A stretch of 64,000 nucleotides of DNA from the IMG/VR virus record IMGVR_UViG_3300025413_001239, one strand, 5' to 3'. This DNA is from a virus. Lineage: Duplodnaviria > Caudoviricetes. A program made the position numbers and the translations under genes. Every line of letters begins with the position of its first letter. The stretch's first letter is position 1. The notes under the pieces were generated by a model. It saw nothing but the letters and a program-made list of their open reading frames with translations, was not told where the DNA came from and did no database searches. This document shows, piece after piece, positions 19,702 to 29,235 of this stretch.

Positions 19702-20066
19702 ATCAATATAACGCAAACGGTGAAAGACATGGCCCTTGGGAATTTTATCACAATAAAAAAATTGAATGCAAAGGCCAATACGTAAACGGACAAAAAGAAG
19801 GTCAATGGATATGGTATTACCCTAACGGAACAATAGCATTCAATTACGTAAACGGATTAATGCATGGCACGTTTGAAAGTCATGATGATAAGTCAATACT
19901 TGTTTGTAAAGGCCAATACGTAAACGGACAAAAAGAAGGTGAATGGTGGGAAACTAACATAACGAAAGCATACACATGGTTAAGAACTTATTCAAAAGAC
20001 CATATCAGATTTGAAAAAAAATATGAATACATGGGTCATTTAATACATAAAGCATTCTTCTTATGA
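19698..20066 (+). CDS. MORN-like micro-protein 20
   Basis: Internal duplication CKGQYVNGQKEG. Confidence 0.8.
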   Translation: MNQYNANGERHGPWEFYHNKKIECKGQYVNGQKEGQWIWYYPNGTIAFNYVNGLMHGTFESHDDKSILVCKGQYVNGQKEGEWWETNITKAYTWLRTYSKDHIRFEKKYEYMGHLIHKAFFL

Positions 20067-20368
20067 ATAAGAAAATTAATAGCTTAAAAGAAGAACCTTG
20101 GGAAACCTATTATACTAATGGTAAACTAGCCTCTAAGGGTGAATACATTAACGGCAAACATCACGGACCATACGAATCATTTTATATGAATGGTAACTTG
20201 TATTGGCAAGGCTATTTTAAAGACGGTATTTACCATGGCTTATTTAAAGTATTTTATAATAACGGACAAGTATTCTCTAAAGGTCAACACTTTAATGGTG
20301 GTAAATGTGGCATATGGGAATACTATCACGAAGATGGTCTAATAGATTATAAAGAATTTCACTTATGA
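20063..20368 (+). CDS. MORN-like micro-protein 21
   Basis: YYTNGKL...FYMNGNL...FYNNGQV...KEFHL. Confidence 0.8.
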   Translation: MNKKINSLKEEPWETYYTNGKLASKGEYINGKHHGPYESFYMNGNLYWQGYFKDGIYHGLFKVFYNNGQVFSKGQHFNGGKCGIWEYYHEDGLIDYKEFHL

Positions 20369-20383
20369 TGTTTAACGAACTTA

Positions 20384-20523
20384 TGTGCCGTAGGCCAGAT
20401 GTCCAACGGACGAGTGTGCCGTAGGCCAGATGTCCAACGGACTTGTGTGCCATCGCCATGAAGGCTCTGGACGAGTGTGCCGTAGGCCAGATGTCCAACG
20501 GACGAGTGTACACAAAAGTGTTC
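20384..20523 (+). repeat. Tandem 30-31 bp GC-rich hairpin units ending in a GTACAC-N4-GTGTWC palindrome
   Basis: GTGTGCCGTAGGCCAGATGTCCAACGGACGA x3 plus one variant unit. Confidence 0.9.
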
Positions 20524-20881
20524 ATGAAATTAGAAGTTATGGATAAATATAACAACATAAGACTCTTATTGTAAAAATTACTTAAAATTCCTTAAATTTA
20601 ATTCTATGTGTTCTTAAGTGTACCTAAAACAACCCGTTTACATTATTTGAGTTTTTTTTTGAATTTTTGGTAAAATGTGGTAAAAAGTGGGTAAATGTGG
20701 TAAAATCCAGACGTAAAAAACGGAAAATGGGGTTTTTAAGGCATTTTAAAGAGTTTTTTAAAATATAGCATTTTAGCCATTTTTGAAAAATCATTTTATA
20801 CCACCCACTAAAAATATTTTTTTTCGATATATTACAGGAAATTTTTATACGTCTATATACAGGGCATAAAACCGCTTTTAT

Positions 20882-20970
20882 ATACACAAAAGTGTACATG
20901 AAGTCCAGAGCCTTCATGGCGATGGTACACTCGTCCGTATGTCCTCGTGACTACGGTACATAAAGTCCAC
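20882..20970 (-). repeat. Inverted partner of the 20384 repeat block
   Basis: Reverse complement contains GTGTACCATCGCCATGAAGGCTCTGGAC and the palindrome. Confidence 0.85.
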
Positions 20971-20983
20971 ACACAAGCCTGAA

Positions 20984-20999
20984 TGTTCCACGTGAAACA
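20984..20999. promoter_or_regulatory. parS: Canonical parS centromere site
   Basis: TGTTCCACGTGAAACA matches the TGTTNCACGTGAAACA consensus. Confidence 0.8.
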
Positions 21000-21089
21000 T
21001 AAGATTTTGGCCAGGTTTTTACGGTACCCTTAAAGCTTAAATTTTTCATGTTCAGCCTTAAGAATTGTACCTGAGTACTTGTGGTTTAA

Positions 21090-21353
21090 TTAAACAGTTA
21101 TTTGCGCACTGGATGCGTCATATTTAATTGAACCATATTTACTGTACTGAATTCCAGATTTAAATTCAGGTTCCTTTAACCTAAGAAATTTGTATGCGTC
21201 CCATAGGGCCTTTTTAGCTTCTCTTTTTGTTTTAAATGTTATTGTGTATCCATAGAAGTTATTTCTAGTTGTTACAGAATTATGTGTTTGGATTGCTCTA
21301 CAAAGGGTACTGTTTCCGTTTATTTGACCCGTAATGTTAATAGTTGTTATCAT
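21090..21353 (-). CDS. Hypothetical protein, divergently transcribed
   Basis: ORF facing away from the early block. Confidence 0.65.
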   Translation of the reverse strand: MITTINITGQINGNSTLCRAIQTHNSVTTRNNFYGYTITFKTKREAKKALWDAYKFLRLKEPEFKSGIQYSKYGSIKYDASSAQITV

Positions 21354-21549
21354 ATATAAGTTATTTGATGAGCGGCAAAAGTATATGTATGTAAGTCACC
21401 GTAAAAGATGAATTTGGTTATGTGGTAATCTACTAGTATATTTGCAGTAGTTAAGTGGTTAATTGTTAAGGGTTTACATATAAATAAAATAAAAAAAGTT
21501 TTTGCCATATCAAAAAATACCCTTATCTTTGCATTCTAAATTAACAATT

Positions 21550-22323
21550 ATGGTATTAGAAAATGTTCAAAGTAAAAAAGTTATTAAAACAAGTTATGTT
21601 CGTGGTAAGTATCCTTTATTAACTCAAAACAATTACAAAACAATTAAGGGTGAAAAGTTGGGCATCAAAACACTTATATTGTATCTAAGTCCTTATAAGG
21701 ATAATAGTAAGGGTAAAAACTTATGTCCCAAGGCTAGTTTAGGTTGTAGCAAAGCTTGTTTATTTAATAGTGGTATGGGTGGTATGTATGAGCAAGTTGC
21801 TAATGGTAGACGTAATAAAACAGAATGGTTTCTCGAAGATAGGGAAAGTTTTGTTGGTACGCTTATTGTTGAGATTGCGAAAGCGGTAAAAAAGTATAGT
21901 GCTGATTGGCATTTGAGTATTCGCTTAAATGGTACTAGTGATATTGTTTGGGAAAACATTTATTATGGTGGTAAGAATATTTTCGAGCATTTTCCTGATG
22001 TAGATTTTTATGACTATACTAAAATTAGTAGTAGATTCAAAAAACAACTACCAAAAAATTACCACTTAACTTTTTCAAGGAGTGAAGAAAACGAAAGTGA
22101 AGCTTTAAGCTTATTGCGTAAGGGTTTCAATGTGGCTGCCGTATTCTTAAAAAAACCAACACATTACAAAGGGTTTAAGGTAGTTGATGGCGATTTATCT
22201 GATAACCGTATTGGTGACGAAAAGGGTGTAATTGTAGGTTTATCCTATAAGAACGCTACAGGTAAAAATGGTGGTGAATTAAACCAATATGCGAAGACTA
22301 GTGGGTTTGTAATATTTATTTAA
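21550..22323 (+). CDS. GP88-family radical-SAM-like phage protein (start moved to ATG 21550)
   Basis: CPKASLGCSKAC, IRLNGTSDI, FYDYTK, YHLTFS and DGDLSD motifs. Confidence 0.75.
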   Translation: MVLENVQSKKVIKTSYVRGKYPLLTQNNYKTIKGEKLGIKTLILYLSPYKDNSKGKNLCPKASLGCSKACLFNSGMGGMYEQVANGRRNKTEWFLEDRESFVGTLIVEIAKAVKKYSADWHLSIRLNGTSDIVWENIYYGGKNIFEHFPDVDFYDYTKISSRFKKQLPKNYHLTFSRSEENESEALSLLRKGFNVAAVFLKKPTHYKGFKVVDGDLSDNRIGDEKGVIVGLSYKNATGKNGGELNQYAKTSGFVIFI

Positions 22324-22382
22324 AAATAAATTTTGTTAGTAATAAAAATAGGCTTATATTTGCATAAATAAAAATAATAATT

Positions 22383-23273
22383 ATGGATATTAAACAACAA
22401 GCACAAGACATTTTAAGTAAACATGGATTAGATTTTACAATTAGTAAATTACCATTAATAGCTATTGATGAAGGTGGTAATCAGTTGATAACACCTTATT
22501 ATGGTTTAGTCAATTCGAGTAATAACGAATGCATCAATACTTGCCGAGAAGGTTATACCATATCCCAAAACAGTGATGTTATTGAGATGGTGTTAACGGG
22601 TATGCAAAAGTTTGGTGATGAGTTAACAGTTAGCAAGGCTGGGTCAATTAATAACGGACGAAGGGTATTTGTGCAGTTGGAAGTTAAGGGCTTAAAAAAG
22701 ATTGGTAATGATACCATGAAGCAGTTTGTTACTGTTATTGATAGTAACGATGGTAGTACAGGTCTTAGTGTGGGTATATCAGATATTCAAGCACATTGTA
22801 CTAATCAGTTTTTCAGATTCTACAAAAAGGGTAATTCAAGGTTCAGGCATACTGCAACTATTACTCAAAAGATTCAAGAGATTCCTAGTTTAATTGAAAC
22901 AGCTCTGAATGAAAACCTAAGGCAGGTTCGTACATACGAGCGTTTCTTAAGTACTGAATTAAGTAAGAACTTAGCTGATAAGATGGTTAAGGAAGTGTTA
23001 GGTTATGATAGGGTGTTTACGAGCTTAGAAGACTTCGCAAAGATGACTAATCGTTCAACTGATATGATGGATACGCTTTATAACAATATTCAACATGAAT
23101 TTGGTGAGGTTGGTGAAAACTTATTTGGTTTGTTTAATGGTGTAACTAGATACACTACTTATCATCAAAGTACCCCTAAGCGTTTTAATGGGCATGATGA
23201 AAGTCTCATTGTTGGTTCTGGCTATAAGAAAGCCTTAACAGCTTATGACCTTTGTCTAGCTGAAATAAGCTAA
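22383..23273 (+). CDS. DUF932-family (phage/plasmid TIGR03299-like) protein, copy 1
   Basis: YTISQN, GSINNGRRVFV, DSNDGS, CTNQ, LFGLFNGVT.Y motifs. Confidence 0.75.
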   Translation: MDIKQQAQDILSKHGLDFTISKLPLIAIDEGGNQLITPYYGLVNSSNNECINTCREGYTISQNSDVIEMVLTGMQKFGDELTVSKAGSINNGRRVFVQLEVKGLKKIGNDTMKQFVTVIDSNDGSTGLSVGISDIQAHCTNQFFRFYKKGNSRFRHTATITQKIQEIPSLIETALNENLRQVRTYERFLSTELSKNLADKMVKEVLGYDRVFTSLEDFAKMTNRSTDMMDTLYNNIQHEFGEVGENLFGLFNGVTRYTTYHQSTPKRFNGHDESLIVGSGYKKALTAYDLCLAEIS

Positions 23274-23278
23274 AATAC

Positions 23279-23320
23279 TTATCCACACTTAGCTTCGGTT
23301 GAGTGTGGATAACTTTTTTT
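23279..23320 (+). terminator. Terminator whose stem is formed by two inverted perfect DnaA boxes
   Basis: TTATCCACA-CTTAGC-TTCG-GTTGAG-TGTGGATAA followed by a T-run. Confidence 0.75.
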
Positions 23321-23324
23321 ATAC

Positions 23325-23400
23325 ATGGGTAAAAAAGTAACGGGTAGGTCGGAGTATACCCCCGATGTCGTTTAGAACTATCGTCTTGTCTCAATGACAC
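23325..23400 (-). ncRNA. Candidate small RNA, copy 1 (ends approximate)
   Basis: TATCTTTG promoter at 23403-23410; body conserved with 39061-39120; no ORF. Confidence 0.55.
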
Positions 23401-23807
23401 TGCAAAGATAAGGGTTTCGTTTCATATAAAAAAACTTTTTTTATTTTTGTTTATGTGAAAATATAGTATTATATTTGCATCACAATAAAATTAAGTAGTT
23501 ATGAAAGTTGCAAAATTAGTAAGAGTGTCATTAGTTTGTCGTGTAATTTGTGAGGATACAGCTAGTAAACAGGATATTTTGGAATTGGCTATTCCTAAGT
23601 TAAGTGAAGCACTTATGGATAATCCGTATGAATCGGTTGAAGAAATTCTTGATGATACAGAATGTCCTTTTGATTTATCAACTGATGATTAAAAATAAAT
23701 TTTTTTATGTGGAGATATACTAGTATATTTGCAGTATATTTGCAGTATAAAATTTATTATTAACAATTAAACAACGAAGATGTCCCCGTTCAAAGGGCAT
23801 GTAGCTT

Positions 23808-24344
23808 ATCGGACAATATTTCAAAGCGTGTACATTAGGCGCAAATGGTAAAACAGTTAACAAGTGGGTTTATTCGTGGGATTTCAATAATGGGCTTAAA
23901 TTAATGGAACATTCATTTATTGGCAATCCGTTTGTTTCAGCGGTTGAAAGTCTTATATGGAATAAGCCTGAACGTTTGGTATGGGCTGGTGATTATGCAG
24001 ATAAGTGTAAGCAACGTAAAAGTAATGTGTATGACCGTTGCACTGACAAAAACCAAGTTAAGCCTATTGCGATGGTATCTACAAAGGAAAGCAGGTTTAT
24101 TATAAACCATACTAAGGGCTTGTATGTGGATAAAAATAAAGTACCTAAAGACAAATCTCATTGGGGTTTGCAATTACATCCTTTGCCATTACTAACTTGT
24201 GAGGGCAATTTAAGAGGTGGGGGTAGTTTTAGTGGTGCTAAAGGTGCTGAATTTGTTGGTACATGGGCAAGAGATTTAATTTCAGTTAGTTCAAAAAAAC
24301 CTATTGGATTTAAGGAAATTACACCTAACTTTAGTGAAGGTTAA
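23808..24344 (+). CDS. Conserved phage protein; frame extends upstream of ATG 23904 to an ATC codon
   Basis: (I)GQYFKACTLG...NGLKLMEHSFIGNPFV...VWAGDYAD. Confidence 0.6.
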   Translation: MGQYFKACTLGANGKTVNKWVYSWDFNNGLKLMEHSFIGNPFVSAVESLIWNKPERLVWAGDYADKCKQRKSNVYDRCTDKNQVKPIAMVSTKESRFIINHTKGLYVDKNKVPKDKSHWGLQLHPLPLLTCEGNLRGGGSFSGAKGAEFVGTWARDLISVSSKKPIGFKEITPNFSEG

Positions 24345-24537
24345 TAGATTATTGGATAACCTTATTTTATATAAGGTTATCCTTTTTGATATATCTATTA
24401 GTATGTGAACATAATGGTTTTAATTTGCGTAAAGTGGTTTATTCAAATTATCACGATTGTCATAAGATACCTAAGCGTATTGATGAAGATGACGAAGATG
24501 TTAAAGAAGTGTTGGTTATCAGTTAAATTAAATGAGA

Positions 24538-24890
24538 TGAATGTAGAAAAAATGTCAAGGTTTGATGTAATCCATAAGTTATTTCAATTGGATTTAGTAA
24601 ATGGGGATACTAACGGTTGTGTATCCTATAGTGAGTTTAAGAATCGTGCTAGTATTATGAGGTACGGGAAACAAAACAAAAATCAATTGAAGATTGTTTT
24701 TGTTGGGTTTCCTAAGGAGAATTTATTTGGATTCTATGTTCAATGTGATACTGACCCAAAGTGTATGAAACAAGCTTATGAGTGGTATTGCAAGTTAATT
24801 AAGGGTAAATTAGATTTTGACGATGTGGATATTCACTTTGGTAATTGTGGGTTTCCAATCACTTATGGTTATATTCGTTATATTGAATAA
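24538..24890 (+). CDS. Hypothetical protein (start approximate)
   Basis: 3' part of ORF 24405-24890. Confidence 0.5.
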
Positions 24891-24992
24891 TTATCACGTT
24901 TTATATCTCTATTAATTTTTGAACATAAAGGTTGAAGGTTAGTCGTATCAAAAAATACTAGTATATTTGCATCATAATTAAAAGTTTAACAA

Positions 24993-25550
24993 ATGAAAAA
25001 ATTTAATGTTACTTCGGGAGTTCTTGTTGCTTCTGACCCATGTTACACGATTAACCCACCAACATGGTATCAAGGCATCATTGAGAATGTCAAAAACGGT
25101 GAGTGGATTGCTACCGTTGAAGAATACGGTGAGCGTATTGCTGAATTGTTTATATCGCATAAGGATACGCATTTGACCTTATCTGATATGTTTGTTGATG
25201 AAGTTGAATTTCCCTTTGCAGCTGCTGTTGATAGTGGGCAATTTGGCTTTTTTGATAAGGCAGGTTATCGTCAAGACTTATTGGCTAATGGTTTACCTAA
25301 GGCTGATTTTGGTGATGGTTACGATAGAGAAGAAGGCGACCTATGGTATCGTGCTGTTTGTGATTTGACTTTAGGTGATGAAGGTTGGGGTGTATTGCCT
25401 GACGGTGTTGCTTCAAGTTCTGGCTTTGGTGATGGTCGTTATACCGTATATGGTGTTAAGGATGGCAATGGTGAATGGGTTGGCTTACGGGTTGTCTTTA
25501 TCAATTTGGAAACAGATAAAGAAGACGAAGACGAAGACGATGAGTTATAA
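24993..25550 (+). CDS. DUF4241-like acidic protein
   Basis: LVASDPCY, AVDSGQFGFFD and SSGFGDGRY motifs. Confidence 0.6.
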   Translation: MKKFNVTSGVLVASDPCYTINPPTWYQGIIENVKNGEWIATVEEYGERIAELFISHKDTHLTLSDMFVDEVEFPFAAAVDSGQFGFFDKAGYRQDLLANGLPKADFGDGYDREEGDLWYRAVCDLTLGDEGWGVLPDGVASSSGFGDGRYTVYGVKDGNGEWVGLRVVFINLETDKEDEDEDDEL

Positions 25551-25589
25551 AAAAGATTTGGGGGTATAGAAATATACCCCTATATGGGT

Positions 25590-25655
25590 ATGTACACAAA
25601 AGTGTACTATACGTCACGAGGACGTTCGGACGAGTGTACTATACGTCACGAGGGC
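25590..25655 (+). repeat. Palindrome plus hairpin-unit repeat (same family as 20384)
   Basis: GTACACAAAAGTGTAC, then GTGTACTATACGTCACGAGG twice. Confidence 0.85.
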
Positions 25656-25711
25656 AAAATAAATTTGGTAGTTTGGAGATATAGCCTTATATTTGCATCA
25701 AATTAAAAGTT

Positions 25712-26886
25712 ATGAAGAAATTACAGTTTATTGTTACATTAGAGTTTGCTGATAAGATAAGCGATGATAATGAAATTATTGAAGTTGCTAAAAATATCGC
25801 TAGAGCGATTAAGAATGAAGTAAACCACGGTGAAGGTATTGCTCCTGACGATAGTGATTCGTATACTTTAGGCGGTGAAGTTAAGCCTCAATTTATTGAC
25901 GAGTTTGCACCTATTACAATTTAAATTAGGTTAAGTCCTTAAATACTAGTATATTTGCATTCTAAATTACGAAGCATGGCAAAGTTTTTTGTTGTTGATG
26001 GTTATTGGAAAGATGATAAGTCTTCCATTAATGGTTATATTGTTACTGATATGGATAGCAGTGTCGGTTACCCTGTTAATGGCTTAACAGATGAAGATAT
26101 ATTCTTTTATGGTTTAAATGAACTGGAGATTCAAGAAGCTATTGAGTTGGGTGAAGATACCGTTCAAGATTTTGTTATTACAACATATAGAGAATATTAA
26201 ATTTGGTGGTATCGAAAGATACTAGTATATTTGCATCAAATAAAACTTATAAATTATGACTTATATTGTAACTGATATTGAGTATGATACTGATGGTGAA
26301 GATGTTGATTTACCTGAAACGCTTAGTATAGATGTTCCTGATGAAATTGATAACGAGGATGAAATTTTAGATTATATTACTGATAAAATAAGTGATATAA
26401 CAGAATTTTGTACACTTGGTTTTATATTTGAAAAACACTAAAAATTTACAGATTATGCAATTGTATGGGGTTAAATTAAACGATGGTCACAAGGCAAGAG
26501 TTGACCAACAATTTGAGGGTTACTTAGGTAGCGGTTACATTGAATTTTACACTAGGGGTGAAGCCATAAAGAAGGCTAAAGCCTTCGGTGGTTCAATTAA
26601 ACCAATGGGTAAAAACTATACTGTTAAGTCCTTAACGGTTTTGCAGTTATCCAAAAAGGATATACATAAAGTAATTGTACAAAAACTTAAAGGCTTAGAA
26701 GCTTTTATAGATACAGAAGAAATTGATGAGCCTTTATATCAAGGCGATATATTCGAGCAAATTATTGGTGAGGTTTCAGAAATTACAAAAATGAAAGGTA
26801 CAACTTTTCCACCAAACTTTGAAATGGAGTTAAAAGTCTTAAATACGTTATGTTTCAATGCTGATTATATAATGTTAGTAGATTAA
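25712..26886 (+). CDS. Four small acidic hypothetical proteins (25712-25924, ~25975-26200, 26256-26441, ~26455-26886)
   Basis: Three are preceded by their own promoter. Confidence 0.6.
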
Positions 26887-26955
26887 AAATAAATTTGCTA
26901 ATTCAAAATATAGTCGTATATTTGCATCATTATTAACATCTAAAAATTTACAATT

Positions 26956-27222
26956 ATGGGAATGGTTAAAAGACAAAAGCACACTTTGTTATTGGGTGAG
27001 GGTATTCACCAACACACTTTGTATGGTAACATTGAAGTTGAGGAAGAACGTAAGGACTTTTCAAAAGTTGTTGTTACAAGTGATGGAGTGTTAAGGCACG
27101 AAAAACCTAATGGTTCATTTGGTGAGCATAAAACTTTACAAGTTGAAAAGGGTAAATGGGTTCAAGGTAAGCAAGTTGAATACAATCCATTTAAGCAATC
27201 CGTATCACAAGTGTTTGATTAA
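26956..27222 (+). CDS. Small His-rich (cupin-like) phage protein
   Basis: GEGIHQH...LRHE...EHKTL...QVEYNP. Confidence 0.6.
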   Translation: MGMVKRQKHTLLLGEGIHQHTLYGNIEVEEERKDFSKVVVTSDGVLRHEKPNGSFGEHKTLQVEKGKWVQGKQVEYNPFKQSVSQVFD

Positions 27223-27316
27223 AATGAAAAGGGTAAATTAATTTTTACCCTTTTTTTGTTTATATCAAAAATAGTCTTATATTTGCACCAATATTAACAA
27301 TTTAAAAATTACAGTT

Positions 27317-27709
27317 ATGAACCCATTAGTCCATTCAAAGAGTTCAGTTAAACGTTGGGGTGGTAAAGTTGAAGATTACTTACCTATTCACATTTTACTT
27401 GATAGCCCAAAAGAAACTATGAATAACAATACAAGTAGATGCTTAACACATAATACTTGGTTTTGTTACCATATCATACCTAAGATATTTGGTTACAATA
27501 TAACCAATTCCGATGGTCGTAGTATTGATACTGTTGATATTGCTATGTTACATTGCTGCGAAGATTTTCGTTTTCGTTTCGTTCCTACACCACAAGACTA
27601 TTTGAAACACATGACTGTTGAAGCGTGGATGTGTAATGGAGTAAAGGATGTAGAAAATCCCGAAAGCATACAAGCAGCTAAGGATTTTTTAGAGAAAATC
27701 AGACAATAA
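27317..27709 (+). CDS. DUF6915-like protein
   Basis: PLVHSKSSVKRWGGKVEDYLPIH motif (family assignment from memory). Confidence 0.55.
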   Translation: MNPLVHSKSSVKRWGGKVEDYLPIHILLDSPKETMNNNTSRCLTHNTWFCYHIIPKIFGYNITNSDGRSIDTVDIAMLHCCEDFRFRFVPTPQDYLKHMTVEAWMCNGVKDVENPESIQAAKDFLEKIRQ

Positions 27710-27800
27710 ATTTGGTAGGTAAGTAATTTACCCTTACATTTGCACTCTATTAATAAATATCGGGATATTCCGAAAAAGTCATCTAATAAAATTTAAAGTT

Positions 27801-28457
27801 ATGGAACTAAAAGAAGCGTTACAAAGGTTTAAGGACTTAAACTTAGAGAAAGCAGTATTAACCTTTGATTGTGGTGGTGATAGTATGGGTGATACTAGTT
27901 GGGAGTTATTATTAGCTGATGGTGAAGCAGTTAAGGACGATGATTTGGAAAGTTACTTTGACGATGAAGTTTATAGGGAAGTAGAGTTCTATGTTAATTC
28001 CGATGGGTATTACAACGGTGAAGCAGGTACTGTTGAGGTTACTATTGAAACTGACGGTGAGGATGATGAATTTTTCAGTTATTATAAGGATGCTATGAGT
28101 GAGTTTACAGAGCAAACCACTAACATCATTGAGGTTAAATTAACGCCCGAAATGTTAGCTTTCATTTCTGAAAATGTATCAAACATTAATGGTGATGATA
28201 GTGGCTTTACTATCAATTACAAAAAAGACTTGCTTTTGACTGATGAACAAGAAACGCTTGTTGATGAGATTGAAAACTTGTTACAAAAGGAGTGTGAAGA
28301 ATATGAGCCTGAAATGGAAGGTGATGATTGCACACTTGAAGATTGGTTTAGTTATACCACAAATTCGGATAATGACGAATTAACTGAATTAACTATTAAA
28401 GACGATAACCTTTTGGTTATCCTTACTAATAGTTTCCAAACATTTAGTGAAAGTTAG
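27801..28457 (+). CDS. DUF6878-like acidic protein
   Basis: FDCGGDSMG...YNGEAGTV pattern (family assignment from memory). Confidence 0.5.
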   Translation: MELKEALQRFKDLNLEKAVLTFDCGGDSMGDTSWELLLADGEAVKDDDLESYFDDEVYREVEFYVNSDGYYNGEAGTVEVTIETDGEDDEFFSYYKDAMSEFTEQTTNIIEVKLTPEMLAFISENVSNINGDDSGFTINYKKDLLLTDEQETLVDEIENLLQKECEEYEPEMEGDDCTLEDWFSYTTNSDNDELTELTIKDDNLLVILTNSFQTFSES

Positions 28458-28527
28458 GAAAAAGATTTGGGGGTATAGAAATATACCCCTATATTTGCAT
28501 TATTAAATAACACATAAAATACAGATT

Positions 28528-29235
28528 ATGGCGAAAATTATTGTTGAAAATTACAAGTTCGATTTTGACTTGGGTTGCAGGCTTTTAAAGTTAAAGCACA
28601 CAGAATGTCCTTTTGTTCAGTTGGAAGATTTTTGGGATGAAATTAAGCCCTTAACTTTCAAGGAGATTGCACAGCTTGAAAACTTGGAGATGCGAAGGAT
28701 TGGTATTGTATGCTTGGGATTGGAAAGGCTTGTTGCAGAAGTTAATCCAAACAGATTAAGTGAGGAAACGCTTATCAAAAAAACTACTTGGATTGGTGAG
28801 GATGGTGGTTTAATTGAACACACATTTGAAGATACCTACGAATTGTTTGAGGTTGATGGGGAATACTTTAATAATGGTTTAACCGATTGGCGTAAGATGG
28901 GTAACTGTTACTTTGTTAAGTTCAAGGATACTTCAACCGATAGGGTTTATATGATTTGGGTTAATTTGTCAAGTGTTTGGAGTACAAACAATAAGCCAAA
29001 GGCTAATAGACAAAATTGGTTTATTGAAGAAGTTCATAAGCGAGAAATTTCACCTATTGATTGTATTGCTTGGACTTTGCAAACGAATGTTGCGAAGGGT
29101 AACATTGAGAAGATTATTAGACAAGGTGATTGCATTTTGGTTAAGCCAAAACACGCAAAGGATGTTACTGACGATAGCCCTGTTAGGCACTTAACAAGTG
29201 AAGAATACAGAAACTTGTTAGTTGCAGAAAGCTAG
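28528..29235 (+). CDS. Conserved phage hypothetical protein
   Basis: LEMRRIGI, DTSTDRVY and IIRQGD motifs. Confidence 0.65.
   Translation: MAKIIVENYKFDFDLGCRLLKLKHTECPFVQLEDFWDEIKPLTFKEIAQLENLEMRRIGIVCLGLERLVAEVNPNRLSEETLIKKTTWIGEDGGLIEHTFEDTYELFEVDGEYFNNGLTDWRKMGNCYFVKFKDTSTDRVYMIWVNLSSVWSTNNKPKANRQNWFIEEVHKREISPIDCIAWTLQTNVAKGNIEKIIRQGDCILVKPKHAKDVTDDSPVRHLTSEEYRNLLVAES

Noticed and set aside
14209-20368. Diversity-generating retroelement or integron as the cause of MORN variation
   Set aside because: No reverse transcriptase or integrase in the window, no template/variable repeat pair with adenine-only changes, and junctions are not palindromic attC-like sites. A distant RT cannot be excluded.
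20384-20523. CRISPR array
   Set aside because: Units are directly adjacent with no unique spacers, and there are no cas genes.
20688-20705. TGTGGTAAA repeats as DnaA boxes
   Set aside because: Two mismatches to the consensus within an A-tract region; not distinguishable from background.
20292-20917. ORFs 20292-20558 and 20624-20917 as real proteins
   Set aside because: They are translations of repeat and A-tract DNA.
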